Shown here piece by piece: positions 25,615 through 35,045 of a stretch of DNA of 45,688 nt. The stretch's first letter is position 1, and each line of letters begins with the position of its first letter. The notes beneath the pieces were generated by a model. It worked only from the letters and a program-made list of their open reading frames with translations, did not search any database and was not told where the DNA came from. The translations under genes were made by a program, and so were the position numbers. Location of the stretch: contig JBIRBF010000001.1 of assembly GCA_044326505.1 (NCBI GenBank), positions 1 to 45,688 of the forward strand, in the 5' to 3' direction. The stretch is from Candidatus Nanopelagicales bacterium (lineage in GTDB: Bacteria > Actinomycetota > Actinomycetes > S36-B12 > UBA10799).

Positions 25615-25741
25615 AGGGTCAATCCCTTCGGCGGTGCGCCCACCGGGAGCGTCCCGGGTCGAGCGGCGGGGCGGGTTCGTCGGGCAGCCTATAGGCCGCG
25701 GGCCGGGGAAGGGCGGTCGTCGGACTACACTCAGGCGCGAG

Positions 25742-26743
25742 ATGGAACCGGTGCGAGGGATGCCAGCGGGTGCACGCCCCGACGATGGCGAGAGGTGGGA
25801 CGTGACTGCGGCCGAATCGTCCAGCCCGGCCACTGCGGAAGTCGGCGCTCCCGCGGCGCGCAGCCGGTTCGGCGCCTACCTCGGACTCACCAAGCCGCGC
25901 ATCATCGAGCTGCTGCTCGTCACCACCCTGCCGACCATGTTCCTCGCCGCCGGTGGCTTTCCGCCCGTGTGGACGATGGTGGCCACTCTGATCGGCGGCG
26001 CGCTCGCCGCCGGCGGCGCGAACACGCTCAATTCCTACATCGATCGTGATATCGACGCCAAGATGGTTCGCACCGGTCGGCGGCCGCTGGTCACCGGCGA
26101 GGTCACTCCGCGCAACGCGTTGATCTTCGGCTGGGCGCTCTCGGCGCTGTCGGTGGTCTGGCTCCTGGTCACGACCAATTGGCTCAGCGCCGTGCTGGCC
26201 GCCGGTGCGATCTTCTTCTACGTGGTCATCTACACCCTCGGCCTCAAGCGGCGCACGCCGCAGAACATCGTCTGGGGCGGGGCGGCCGGCTGCTTCCCGG
26301 TGCTCATCGGGTGGTCTGCTGTCACCGGGACGGTGGGCTGGGCCGCGCTCGTGCTGTTCGGCATCATCTTCTTCTGGACCCCGCCGCACTACTGGCCGCT
26401 ATCGCTGCGCTTCCGCGAGGACTACGCGGCCGCCGGCGTGCCGATGCTGCCGGTGGTGGCGTCGCACCGCCGCGTGGCGATCGAGATCATCGTCTACGCC
26501 TGGCTCATGGTGATCACGTCGCTGGTGCTCGTCCCCGTGGCCCCGATGGGGTGGTTCTACGCGGCTGTGGCCGGCACGCTCGGTGTGTTGTTCCTCTACG
26601 AGGCCCACGCGCTGCTGTTCCGGATCCGCAAGGCGGCCCAAGGCGGGCCGGCCGACGTCAAGCCGATGCGGCTCTTCCACGGATCGATCAGCTACCTGTC
26701 CCTGCTCTTCCTCGCCATTGCGATCGATCCGTTCCTGCACTAG
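25742..26743 (+). CDS. ctaB: Protoheme IX farnesyltransferase (heme O synthase)
   Basis: UbiA-family motifs [11 protein letters not shown] and [20 protein letters not shown]. The start is either ATG 25742 (10 nt after a TACACT -10-like hexamer) or GTG 25802 (GAGG 6 nt upstream), and I could not decide between them. Confidence 0.88.
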   Translation: MEPVRGMPAGARPDDGERWDVTAAESSSPATAEVGAPAARSRFGAYLGLTKPRIIELLLVTTLPTMFLAAGGFPPVWTMVATLIGGALAAGGANTLNSYIDRDIDAKMVRTGRRPLVTGEVTPRNALIFGWALSALSVVWLLVTTNWLSAVLAAGAIFFYVVIYTLGLKRRTPQNIVWGGAAGCFPVLIGWSAVTGTVGWAALVLFGIIFFWTPPHYWPLSLRFREDYAAAGVPMLPVVASHRRVAIEIIVYAWLMVITSLVLVPVAPMGWFYAAVAGTLGVLFLYEAHALLFRIRKAAQGGPADVKPMRLFHGSISYLSLLFLAIAIDPFLH

Positions 26744-27702
26744 CCGGTGATGGCTCCGCGCGTCCGGAGCGTGAGCGGCACTCGCACGAGGGCGATCCAC
26801 AGTAGGCACGCGGCCAGCATGTGCAGTGCCACCAGCAGCCACGGCACCCCGGTGAAGTACTGCGTGTAGCCGATGACGCCTTGGACCATCGAGATGCCGA
26901 AAACCCACCAGACCGCCCGCACGCTGCCGCGCGGCGCATCGGTGACCGACAGCGCCACGAGCAGGCCGATCGTGAGACCGATGAACAGCAGCACGGCGTC
27001 GGCATGCAGCCAGGACACGACGCGGACGTCGAACCCGAAGCGGGACGCCGCGTCGGCATCGCCCGAGTGCGGACCGGAGCCGGTCACGATCGTACCGAGG
27101 ATGAGTACCAAGAAGCCGACCGCCACCAGCACGCGCGCGAGGATCCGCACGGCCGTCGGCCCCAGCCGCGTGACGGGTGTGTCGCCGGGCTCGCGGGAGC
27201 GCCAGACCAGCACGACGATGCCCGCGATGATGACCGCAGAGAGCAGGAAGTGCAGCGCCACGGTCACCGGATTGAGCCCGGTCAGCACGGTGATGCCGCC
27301 GAGCACGGCCTGTGCCACGGTGCCCACCAGCGGGATTGTCGCCAGCCACACGATCGGCCGCCGCCGCACGCCGGACCGCCGCTGCCACACGATGGCACCC
27401 ACGATCGCCGCCAGGGCCAGCAGCCCAAGGACCCCGGTGAGGGTGCGGTTGCCGAACTCCACGTACTTGTGCCAGGCCTCGGTCTGGGTGGCCGTCGGCA
27501 CCAGCGAGCCCTCGGTGCACTGCGGCCACGTCGGGCAGCCAAGCCCGGAGCCGGTGACCCGGACGAGGCCGCCGGTCAGCACGATCGCGGTCTGCGCCAC
27601 GAGGTTGGCCAGGAAGATCCCGGTCAGCCAGCGTGGGGAGGCTTCGGTGGCTGCCGGCAGGGGCGGCGCGGGCGAGGAGGTCGGGGTCGCGACTGCGGTC
27701 AT
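26740..27702 (-). CDS. ctaA: Heme A synthase (COX15/CtaA family)
   Basis: Starts [10 protein letters not shown] at ATG 27702. [12 protein letters not shown] cysteine pair and multiple TM His-bearing helices. The stop overlaps the ctaB stop (CTAG). The 629-aa track ORF is an extension running through the ABC permease gene. Confidence 0.85.
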   Translation of the reverse strand: MTAVATPTSSPAPPLPAATEASPRWLTGIFLANLVAQTAIVLTGGLVRVTGSGLGCPTWPQCTEGSLVPTATQTEAWHKYVEFGNRTLTGVLGLLALAAIVGAIVWQRRSGVRRRPIVWLATIPLVGTVAQAVLGGITVLTGLNPVTVALHFLLSAVIIAGIVVLVWRSREPGDTPVTRLGPTAVRILARVLVAVGFLVLILGTIVTGSGPHSGDADAASRFGFDVRVVSWLHADAVLLFIGLTIGLLVALSVTDAPRGSVRAVWWVFGISMVQGVIGYTQYFTGVPWLLVALHMLAACLLWIALVRVPLTLRTRGAITG

Positions 27703-27758
27703 GACTCGATGGTAGGTCGCCCCGGGTTGCCGCTCCGCAGGCCATCCGCCCTTTGGCG

Positions 27759-28547
27759 TCACTCCCACTTGAAGGTGCGCACCGCCAGGGCGAAGCCGAC
27801 GACTGCCCAGACGGCAAGCACGATGCATGCCGTGGTGGGAAGGGGCTGGCCGGCGATGAGCACATCGCGCAGGCCTCCGGCGAGGGCGCCAGAGGGCAGC
27901 AGCTCCACGACGGACCCCCAGACCGAGGGCAGCGAAGAGGCGGGCACCACGACGCCGCCGCCGAGCATTAGCAGCACGAAGATGCCGTTGGCCACTGCCA
28001 GCGTCGCCTCGGCTCGCAGGATGCCGGCGACGAAGGCGCCCCAGGCGGCGAAGGCCAAGGTCCCGAGCACCACCAGCGCCACGGCGGCCAGTGGGTTTCC
28101 CGCCGGCGACCAGTCCAGGAGCAGCGCCACCACGACGATGAGCACGATCTGTAGGACTTCGATCACCGCGACGCTGGCTGCCCGTGCCCAGATCAATTCC
28201 GCCCGAGTCAGGGGAGTCGTGCCGAGGAGTTTGAGCGCCCCCGAGCGTCGGTCGAAACCGGTGGCGATCGCGAGCGAGGTGAACGCGGTGGACATGACGG
28301 CCAGGGCGATGATTCCGGGCGTGGCGCGGTCCACGCCGGGAACCGTGGAATCGCCGCTGAAAGGGTCGAACAGGCTCAGCGCGAGCAGCAACGCCAGGGG
28401 AATGATGAGCGTGAGCAGCAGTTGTTCGCCGTTGCGCAACGTGCTGCGCAGATCGAAGCGCGCCTGCGCGAGGATCCGGCGCGGGCGCTTGGCGGCTCCG
28501 GGGCGCGGGGTGAAGGTCCCCGGGGGGTAGATCCGGTTGATGCTCAT
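27759..28547 (-). CDS. ABC-2 type transporter permease
   Basis: 262 aa, six hydrophobic segments. ATGA overlap with the upstream ATPase gene. N-terminus RILAQARFDLRSTLRNGEQLLLTLIIP is typical of ABC-2 permeases. Confidence 0.8.
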   Translation of the reverse strand: MSINRIYPPGTFTPRPGAAKRPRRILAQARFDLRSTLRNGEQLLLTLIIPLALLLALSLFDPFSGDSTVPGVDRATPGIIALAVMSTAFTSLAIATGFDRRSGALKLLGTTPLTRAELIWARAASVAVIEVLQIVLIVVVALLLDWSPAGNPLAAVALVVLGTLAFAAWGAFVAGILRAEATLAVANGIFVLLMLGGGVVVPASSLPSVWGSVVELLPSGALAGGLRDVLIAGQPLPTTACIVLAVWAVVGFALAVRTFKWE

Positions 28548-29482
28548 GCGGTGGGCTCGGCGTTCTCCGTCTGGTCGGCCAGGGCGAGGAATACTTCCTC
28601 CAGAGACTTGCGGCCCACTTGCAGGTCACGCGGCGCCACGCCGTGCTGGGCGCACCAGGCGGTCACGGTGGCGATGGTCTGCGGCGTCACCTCACCTGCG
28701 ACGCGGTACGTTCCCGGTCTGGTCTCGGCGACGTCCACGCCCGGTCCGAGGACGACCTCCAGCGACGTGAGGTCCAGGTGCATGGGGCCACCGAAAGTCA
28801 TCACATCGCGCTCGTCACCCACGAGCTCGGCGAGGGTGCCGGCTGCGACGGCCCGACCGCCCTCGACAATGACCACGTGGTCGGCAAGCGCCTCCGCCTC
28901 GTCCATCTGGTGCGTGGTCATGACGACTGTGACGCCGTCGCGCCGCAGAGCCCCGAGCAACTCCCACATCCCTCGTCGCGCTGCTGGGTCCAGGCCGGCG
29001 CTGGGCTCGTCCAGGAAGACCAGTTGCGGCCGACCGATGAGGGCGGTGGCCAGCTTCACCCGCTGTTGCTCACCGCCGCTGAGCCGGCGATAGGGACCGC
29101 GGACGTTGGCCAAGCCGAGCCATGCGAGCAGTTCGGAGGGGTCGCGCGGCCGGAGGTAGAACGCCGCTAGCGTGCGCAGCAGTTCCGCTGGTTTGGCCAT
29201 GGAGGGTACGCCGCCGTCCTGCAGCATCACGCCCACCCTCGGGCGCAGTGCCTGGCCGTCGGCGAACGGGTTGAGTCCGAGCACCCGCACGGTGCCGGAG
29301 TCAGGCCGTCGCAGACCCTCGCAGACCTCCACCGTGCTGGTCTTGCCCTGGCCGTTGCGCCCGACGATGGCGGTGATGGCCCCGGCGGGGGCGGTCATCG
29401 ACAACCCGGCCACCGCGCGCACGTCGCCGTAGGAGACGTAGAGCTCGTTGACGGTCAGCGCCGCGCCGACGTGGGTACCCAC
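28544..29482 (-). CDS. ABC transporter ATP-binding protein (DrrA-like exporter ATPase)
   Basis: Walker A GRNGQGKTST, signature LSGGEQQR, Walker B LVFLDEPSAGLD. Confidence 0.9.
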   Translation of the reverse strand: MGTHVGAALTVNELYVSYGDVRAVAGLSMTAPAGAITAIVGRNGQGKTSTVEVCEGLRRPDSGTVRVLGLNPFADGQALRPRVGVMLQDGGVPSMAKPAELLRTLAAFYLRPRDPSELLAWLGLANVRGPYRRLSGGEQQRVKLATALIGRPQLVFLDEPSAGLDPAARRGMWELLGALRRDGVTVVMTTHQMDEAEALADHVVIVEGGRAVAAGTLAELVGDERDVMTFGGPMHLDLTSLEVVLGPGVDVAETRPGTYRVAGEVTPQTIATVTAWCAQHGVAPRDLQVGRKSLEEVFLALADQTENAEPTA

Positions 29483-29566
29483 GCGCGGGAGTCTATGCGT
29501 TGGTCGTGCGGCCGGGGCCGCCGCAGGTGGACACTGTCCCGCGTGGAGGACAACACGCCCAACGAC

Positions 29567-30151
29567 ATGTCCGACGACGAGGCGCGCGAAGTGATCCTGG
29601 CCGCCGCCCGCGAAGGGGATGCCGTGGCCATGTTCAACGCCGGACTGCTCGCGCGCGAATCAGGGGATTCTGCTGGCGCTGAGCAGTGGTGGGAGCAGGC
29701 CGCAGCGGCCGGCCAGCCCGATGCGATGGTCGAAGTGGGCCTGCGCCGCCAGCGCAACGGCGACCTCGACGGTGCGCAGGAGCTCTACACCGCAGCGGCC
29801 GAGGCCGATGACGTTGCGGCGATGAACAACCTGGGGCTGCTGTTGCGGCAAGTCGACGACGACGGGGCGCGTCGGTGGCTCGAGCGGGCGGCGCGCCGGG
29901 GCTCGGCCGAGGCGATGCACAACCTCGCGTTCCTGCTGCGGGACACCGGCGAGGCGGCCGCGGGCGTCTCCTGGCTGCGCCGGGCCGCCGGGCACGGCAA
30001 CTCGGAGGCAATGTTCAACCTCGGCGTCCTCCACTGGTCACACGGGGAAAAGGACCTGGCGCGCCAATGGTGGGAGGCCGCAGCGGCGGACGGGCACCTG
30101 CGAGCCATACAGAACCTGGGGGCGCTGTTGCGCGAAGACGGCGGCGCGTGA
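29567..30151 (+). CDS. Sel1-like/TPR-like repeat protein (cytoplasmic; start uncertain: 29471, 29543 or 29567)
   Basis: Five and a half tandem repeats of 31-32 aa, each beginning AMxNLGxLLR and carrying the pattern G(D/E)xxxAxxWxxxAAxxG. No signal peptide. Confidence 0.7.
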   Translation: MSDDEAREVILAAAREGDAVAMFNAGLLARESGDSAGAEQWWEQAAAAGQPDAMVEVGLRRQRNGDLDGAQELYTAAAEADDVAAMNNLGLLLRQVDDDGARRWLERAARRGSAEAMHNLAFLLRDTGEAAAGVSWLRRAAGHGNSEAMFNLGVLHWSHGEKDLARQWWEAAAADGHLRAIQNLGALLREDGGA

Positions 30152-30164
30152 AAGCGTCGCCCGC

Positions 30165-31022
30165 ATGCGGCTGATTCCTCGGGGCTGGCACCTGGAAGGC
30201 GCGTGGTGCGCCATGAAGGGCCATGTCGCGCCCGGGGCCACTGTGGCCCGCGTCCGCCCGCAGGACGCGCAGCTAGTGCTCGAGGCCGGGCCCGGAGTGC
30301 GCCTGAGCCGCTGCCTGCGCTGTGACAACTGGGCCCGTGGCGCCGATCCGCTGCCCGCGCAGATCACCTCGGAGCACCTCCCGCCGCTGGCGGAATTGCC
30401 CAGGCCGATGCGCGGCAAAGCCCTCAACGAGCTCGTGGTCGTGCGCCTCATCGCCATCGACAGGTGGATCCACGTGGTCTTCTTCCTCTTGCTTGCGCTG
30501 CTGCTGGTGGCAGTCACGATCGGCCTGCCAGTGATCCGTGAGACGGCCCAGCAGCTGCTCGACGGCTGGCAATTGGCAGTTCAGGAGGCGCGGCCATCGT
30601 CGGGCTTCCTCGCCCGGATCCTGGCTGACGTGGCGCACCTGGATCGCTCCCACATCGGCTGGCTCATCGCCGTCGCCCTTGGCTACGCCGCGCTGGAGGG
30701 CGTCGAGGCGTTCTATCTTTGGCGCGGCCGGCGCTGGGCGGAGTACTTGACGGTGCTGGCCACGGGCCTGCTGCTGCCGTTCGTGGTCTCGGAGTTGATC
30801 GACAAGGTGACGATCCCGCGGATCTTGGGGCTGGTCGCCGACCTGGCGATCCTGGCCTACCTGATCGTCGCCAAGCGGCTGTTCGGCGTCCGTGGGGGCG
30901 ACAAGGCCCTGCAGGCCGACTTGGCCGCTGATGTGGACTGGAGCGCGCTGCACTCGCAGGCACCGCTGGCCGGGCCCGGCCAACTCGGCGAGGTCACCGC
31001 GGAGAAGCCGGCCTCCGCTTGA
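30165..31022 (+). CDS. DUF2127-family membrane protein with an N-terminal Cys/His (zinc-ribbon-like) extension
   Basis: C-terminal part has TM helices and ALEGVEAFYLWRGRRWAEYLTVLATGLLLPF, typical of DUF2127. The N-terminal about 90 aa carry WCAMKGH...RCLRCDNW. Confidence 0.7.
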   Translation: MRLIPRGWHLEGAWCAMKGHVAPGATVARVRPQDAQLVLEAGPGVRLSRCLRCDNWARGADPLPAQITSEHLPPLAELPRPMRGKALNELVVVRLIAIDRWIHVVFFLLLALLLVAVTIGLPVIRETAQQLLDGWQLAVQEARPSSGFLARILADVAHLDRSHIGWLIAVALGYAALEGVEAFYLWRGRRWAEYLTVLATGLLLPFVVSELIDKVTIPRILGLVADLAILAYLIVAKRLFGVRGGDKALQADLAADVDWSALHSQAPLAGPGQLGEVTAEKPASA

Positions 31023-31629
31023 GGACTGCCGACTCAGCCCAGCCGATCGGTATCAGCGCCAGTAGTCCGTACAGCGCCGTCGAAGGCCACCAGATCGACA
31101 CGACCGCCAGCACGAAGAGGAGTACGGCCGTCGCGATGGCCCATACTGCCTGGTCCGCGCGGGGCAGCCGACCCTCCTCCACTAGGTCCCGGTGGCGGTA
31201 GAGGTACCCCTGGATGGCGAGGCCCGCCAGGGTGATCGCCGCGAGCGTCAGCAGGTACACCGTCGCCGTGCCCGGTGCTTCGGAGCGCCCCAGCATCTCG
31301 GTGGGGAACTGGAGGAACACCACGAGGATGAGCCACAGCCCGTTGAGCGCCAGGAGCGGCGGTGTGAACGACTGCAGCCCGTCAAACAGTCGATGGTGGC
31401 GCCGCCAGTAGAGCAGCGTGATGACGAACGACAGACCGAAGGCGAGGAAGCGCCCAGAGTTCTCGGACATCACGTCCCACAGCGACTCGTCCCCGGTCGG
31501 CGGTTCTAGATCCACAAGCGGGAGCACCAACAGGGTCACCGCGATCGCGACGATCGCGTCGGAGAAGTTCACCAACCGCGAGACCGACTCGGCCGTGGGC
31601 GGCTTGTCCCAGGTCAGATCCCTACTCAT
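30994..31629 (-). CDS. TMEM175/DUF1211-family putative potassium channel
   Basis: 211 aa. The signature RLVNFSDAIVAIAVTLLVLPL lies in the first TM helix, followed by about five more TM segments. The 3' end overlaps the DUF2127 gene by 29 nt (convergent). Confidence 0.75.
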   Translation of the reverse strand: MSRDLTWDKPPTAESVSRLVNFSDAIVAIAVTLLVLPLVDLEPPTGDESLWDVMSENSGRFLAFGLSFVITLLYWRRHHRLFDGLQSFTPPLLALNGLWLILVVFLQFPTEMLGRSEAPGTATVYLLTLAAITLAGLAIQGYLYRHRDLVEEGRLPRADQAVWAIATAVLLFVLAVVSIWWPSTALYGLLALIPIGWAESAVLKRRPASPR

Positions 31630-31731
31630 GTGCGCCCTGTCTGTGCGGAGATACCGCGCGCTCGCGGGTGTTGCTCACGTTAGTGCAGGCCGGCGACGAC
31701 CACCCGCTTGTTGCACTTTGACCGAAATACG

Positions 31732-31745
31732 CAACAATGATGTTG
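31732..31745. promoter_or_regulatory. Candidate SufR operator CAACA-ATGA-TGTTG (CAAC-N6-GTTG), overlapping the sufR start codon
   Basis: Palindrome read directly. An additional inverted repeat TTGTTGC (31708-31714) / GCAACAA (31731-31737) flanks it. This is the locally AT-richest spot of the intergenic region. Confidence 0.45.
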
Positions 31746-32473
31746 TGAAAACAGCGGCGTCTGGCCACGCGAGCCCGGAAAGGGGCCTCAGCGATGCCAC
31801 GGCTCGAGTCGCGCGCGCGCTCCTCGAGGTGGGGTCCGCCACCGCCGTCGACCTGGCGGGCCTGCTCTTCCTCAGCCCCACGGCCGTTCGTCGTCATCTC
31901 GATACACTGATGGACCGAGGACTGGTCTCGGCCTCCGACGAGCAGCAGTTCGGCCCCACGCGCCGACGCGGCCGCGGCCGCCCCGCCCGCTTCTATGCCA
32001 TCACCGCACAGGGTCGTGATGTGTTCGAGTCAACCTACGACGATGTCGCGGTGGCCGCTCTGGACTATCTCGCCGAGCACCTCGGCCAGGGGGCGGTGGA
32101 GGACTTCGCCCGAATCCGAGCCGCCGAACTGTCCCAGCGCTACTCCGCAGCTGGCGCCCCGGCCGATCCCGCCGACCGGGTGGCGGTCCTGGTCGAGTTG
32201 CTGTCGGCGGACGGTTACGCGGCGCGTGCGGAAGCCAACCCCCTGGGCCTGCAGCTCTGCCAGCACCACTGCCCGATCGCCCACGTGGCCGAGCGCTACG
32301 GGCAGTTCTGCGAGGCGGAGCGGGCGGCTTTCGCCGACCTGCTGGGCGTCCACGCCACCAGGCTCGCGACCATCGCCGCCGGATCTGGCGTATGCACCAC
32401 CCTGATCGCCGAGCCCCGCCGCACCACGACCCCCGACGACACAGAGGCTTCCGCAGAGAGGAACCCCGCATGA
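31745..32473 (+). CDS. sufR: ArsR-type [Fe-S]-sensing repressor of the suf operon (SufR)
   Basis: w[32 protein letters not shown]-terminal cysteine cluster [28 protein letters not shown] overlap with the sufB start. The start is GTG 31745 (alternative TTG 31718). The track extension to 31418 runs through the divergent gene. Confidence 0.8.
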   Translation: MKTAASGHASPERGLSDATARVARALLEVGSATAVDLAGLLFLSPTAVRRHLDTLMDRGLVSASDEQQFGPTRRRGRGRPARFYAITAQGRDVFESTYDDVAVAALDYLAEHLGQGAVEDFARIRAAELSQRYSAAGAPADPADRVAVLVELLSADGYAARAEANPLGLQLCQHHCPIAHVAERYGQFCEAERAAFADLLGVHATRLATIAAGSGVCTTLIAEPRRTTTPDDTEASAERNPA

Positions 32474-33879
32474 CCGACCTGCATCCCGAGCTCGATGGGC
32501 TCGGCACCTATGAGTTTGGCTGGCACGACCCCGACGTCGCCGGCGCGGTCGCGCAGCGCGGGCTGAGCGAGGCCGTGGTGCGTGACATCAGCCGGCTCAA
32601 GAACGAGCCGGAGTGGATGCTCAACCTGCGCCTTAAGGGATTGAAGCTCTTCGGCCGCAAGCCAATGCCTGCCTGGGGCTCGGACTTGAGCGGTATCGAC
32701 TTCGAGACCATCAAGTACTTCGTCCGCTCCACTGAGAAGCAGGCGACCACCTGGGACGAGCTGCCTAGCGACATCAAGAACACCTATGACCGGCTGGGCA
32801 TCCCGGAGGCTGAGAAGCAGCGGCTGGTCGCCGGCGTGGCGGCGCAGTATGAGTCCGAGGTGGTCTACCACAAGATCCGCGAAGACCTCGAGGAGCAAGG
32901 TGTGATCTTCCTCGACACGGACACCGCTCTGCGCGAGCACCCCGACCTCTTCCGCGAGCACTTCGGCACCGTGATCCCCGTGGGGGACAACAAGTTCGCC
33001 GCGCTCAACACCGCGGTGTGGTCTGGCGGATCGTTCATCTACGTCCCACCGGGGGTGCAGGTGGACATCCCGCTGCAGGCCTACTTCCGGATCAACACCG
33101 AGAACATGGGCCAGTTCGAGCGGACCCTGATCATCGTCGACGAGGGCGCCTACGTGCACTACGTCGAGGGCTGCACGGCACCGATCTACTCGACCGACTC
33201 GCTGCACTCGGCGGTGGTCGAGATCATCGTCAAGAAGGACGCGCGCTGCCGGTATACGACCATTCAGAACTGGTCGAACAACGTCTACAACCTGGTCACC
33301 AAGCGGGCTATCGCCCAGCAGGGTGCCACCATGGAGTGGGTGGACGGGAACATCGGCTCGAAGGTGACGATGAAGTACCCGGCCGTATGGCTCATGGGCG
33401 AGCACGCCAAGGGCGAGACGCTATCGATCGCCTTCGCCGGCGAGGGCCAGCACCAGGATGCGGGCGCGAAGATGGTCCACGCCGCTCCGCACACGTCGTC
33501 GTCGATCGTGAGCAAGTCGGTCGCACGCGGCGGCGGTCGCACCTCGTACCGAGGCCTGGTTCAGGTGCAGGAGGGGGCCCACCACTCGGCGAGCTCGGTG
33601 CGCTGCGACGCCCTGCTGATCGACGACATCTCGCGCTCGGACACCTATCCATACGTCGATGTGCGCGAGGACGACGTGTCCATGGGGCACGAGGCCACCG
33701 TCAGCAAGGTCAGCGAGGATCAGCTGTTCTACCTGATGAGCCGCGGCCTGACCGAGGAGGAGGCGATGGCCATGATCGTGCGCGGCTTCGTCGAGCCGAT
33801 CGCCCGGGAACTGCCCATGGAGTACGCCCTCGAACTCAACCGCCTGATCGAACTGCAGATGGAAGGAGCCGTCGGCTGA
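32470..33879 (+). CDS. sufB: Fe-S cluster assembly scaffold SufB (no intein)
   Basis: Starts [21 protein letters not shown]-terminal [22 protein letters not shown]. 469 aa, contiguous. Confidence 0.95.
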   Translation: MTDLHPELDGLGTYEFGWHDPDVAGAVAQRGLSEAVVRDISRLKNEPEWMLNLRLKGLKLFGRKPMPAWGSDLSGIDFETIKYFVRSTEKQATTWDELPSDIKNTYDRLGIPEAEKQRLVAGVAAQYESEVVYHKIREDLEEQGVIFLDTDTALREHPDLFREHFGTVIPVGDNKFAALNTAVWSGGSFIYVPPGVQVDIPLQAYFRINTENMGQFERTLIIVDEGAYVHYVEGCTAPIYSTDSLHSAVVEIIVKKDARCRYTTIQNWSNNVYNLVTKRAIAQQGATMEWVDGNIGSKVTMKYPAVWLMGEHAKGETLSIAFAGEGQHQDAGAKMVHAAPHTSSSIVSKSVARGGGRTSYRGLVQVQEGAHHSASSVRCDALLIDDISRSDTYPYVDVREDDVSMGHEATVSKVSEDQLFYLMSRGLTEEEAMAMIVRGFVEPIARELPMEYALELNRLIELQMEGAVG

Positions 33880-35045
33880 TGTCGGCCACCACCGCACCCG
33901 TGAGTCCCGCGACTTCCGTGGCGCCACCGCCCAGCGACCGGGCTGGCGCCCTTGCCGCTGACCGTGCCGCGAGCTTCCCCGTCCCCACCGGCCGCGAAGA
34001 GGCTTGGCGGTTCACCCCGCTCGAACCACTGCGCCAGTTGATCGAAGGGTCGCCGGCGACTGGACCGGAACCCGCCGTGGACTGGACCGCCGCGGGCGCC
34101 GACGTCGCCGTGGTGGAGCGCGACGATCCCCGGCTGGGTTCGGTGCTCGAGCCGGTGGACCGGATCTCGGCCATGGTCGCCGAGCGCGCCGACAGCGCCC
34201 TGGCGGTGACGGTGCCGGCCGGTGCGGAGGCCGAAGTGGTGATCCAAGTGGCCGGCCGCGGCGGGACGTCCTACGGCTACGTGCTCATAGATGTCGCTGC
34301 CGGGGCCAAGGCGACCGTCGTGCTGGACCACACCGGCACCGGGGCATTGGCGGCCGATGTCGAGATTCGGGTGGGCGACGCAGCCAGCCTGATCTTCGCC
34401 AGCGTGCAGGACTGGGACGACGGCACGGTTCACGCCAGCCACCACCACGCCCGGGTGGGGCGCGACGCGCAGTTCACCTCGGTGGTCGTCACCCTGGGCG
34501 GCGACGTGGTGCGGATCGTTCCGACGGTCACCTATGACGGCCCGGGCGGGAACGCCGAGCTGTTCGGCGTCTACTTCGCCGATGCCGGTCAGCACCTCGA
34601 GCACCGGCTCTTCGTCGACCACGCGGTGCCGCACTGCCGCTCGCGAGTGACGTACAAGGGCGCCCTGCAGGGCGCGGGCTCCCACACTGTGTGGGTGGGC
34701 GACGTGCTGATCCGGGCCGCCGCCGTCGGCACCGACACCTACGAGCTCAACCGCAACCTGGTGCTCTCGGAGGGCGCCAGGGCCGATTCGGTGCCGAACC
34801 TGGAGATCGAGACCGGCCAGATCACCGGTGCGGGCCACGCCAGCGCCACAGGCAGGTTCGACGACGAGCAGCTGTTCTACCTGATGTCCCGCGGGCTTCC
34901 CGCCGTGGACGCCCGGCGGCTGGTCGTGCTCGGCTTCTTCGGCGAGATCATTGAGGAGGTCCCAATTCCGGCGCTGCGCGACCGGCTGCTTCGCGCGGTT
35001 GCGGTCGAACTGGGATACGACCAGGACCTGGAGGACGACGCATGA
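33879..35045 (+). CDS. sufD: Fe-S cluster assembly protein SufD
   Basis: Starts [10 protein letters not shown] at ATG 33879 (TGATG junction with sufB). C-terminal [20 protein letters not shown]. The track extension to 33018 lies inside sufB. Confidence 0.9.
   Translation: MSATTAPVSPATSVAPPPSDRAGALAADRAASFPVPTGREEAWRFTPLEPLRQLIEGSPATGPEPAVDWTAAGADVAVVERDDPRLGSVLEPVDRISAMVAERADSALAVTVPAGAEAEVVIQVAGRGGTSYGYVLIDVAAGAKATVVLDHTGTGALAADVEIRVGDAASLIFASVQDWDDGTVHASHHHARVGRDAQFTSVVVTLGGDVVRIVPTVTYDGPGGNAELFGVYFADAGQHLEHRLFVDHAVPHCRSRVTYKGALQGAGSHTVWVGDVLIRAAAVGTDTYELNRNLVLSEGARADSVPNLEIETGQITGAGHASATGRFDDEQLFYLMSRGLPAVDARRLVVLGFFGEIIEEVPIPALRDRLLRAVAVELGYDQDLEDDA

Noticed and set aside
32470-33879. 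Intein in SufB, as in M. tuberculosis SufB.
   Set aside because: The SufB here is 469 aa, with contiguous conserved sequence and no Cys/Ser...His-Asn splicing-block insertion.
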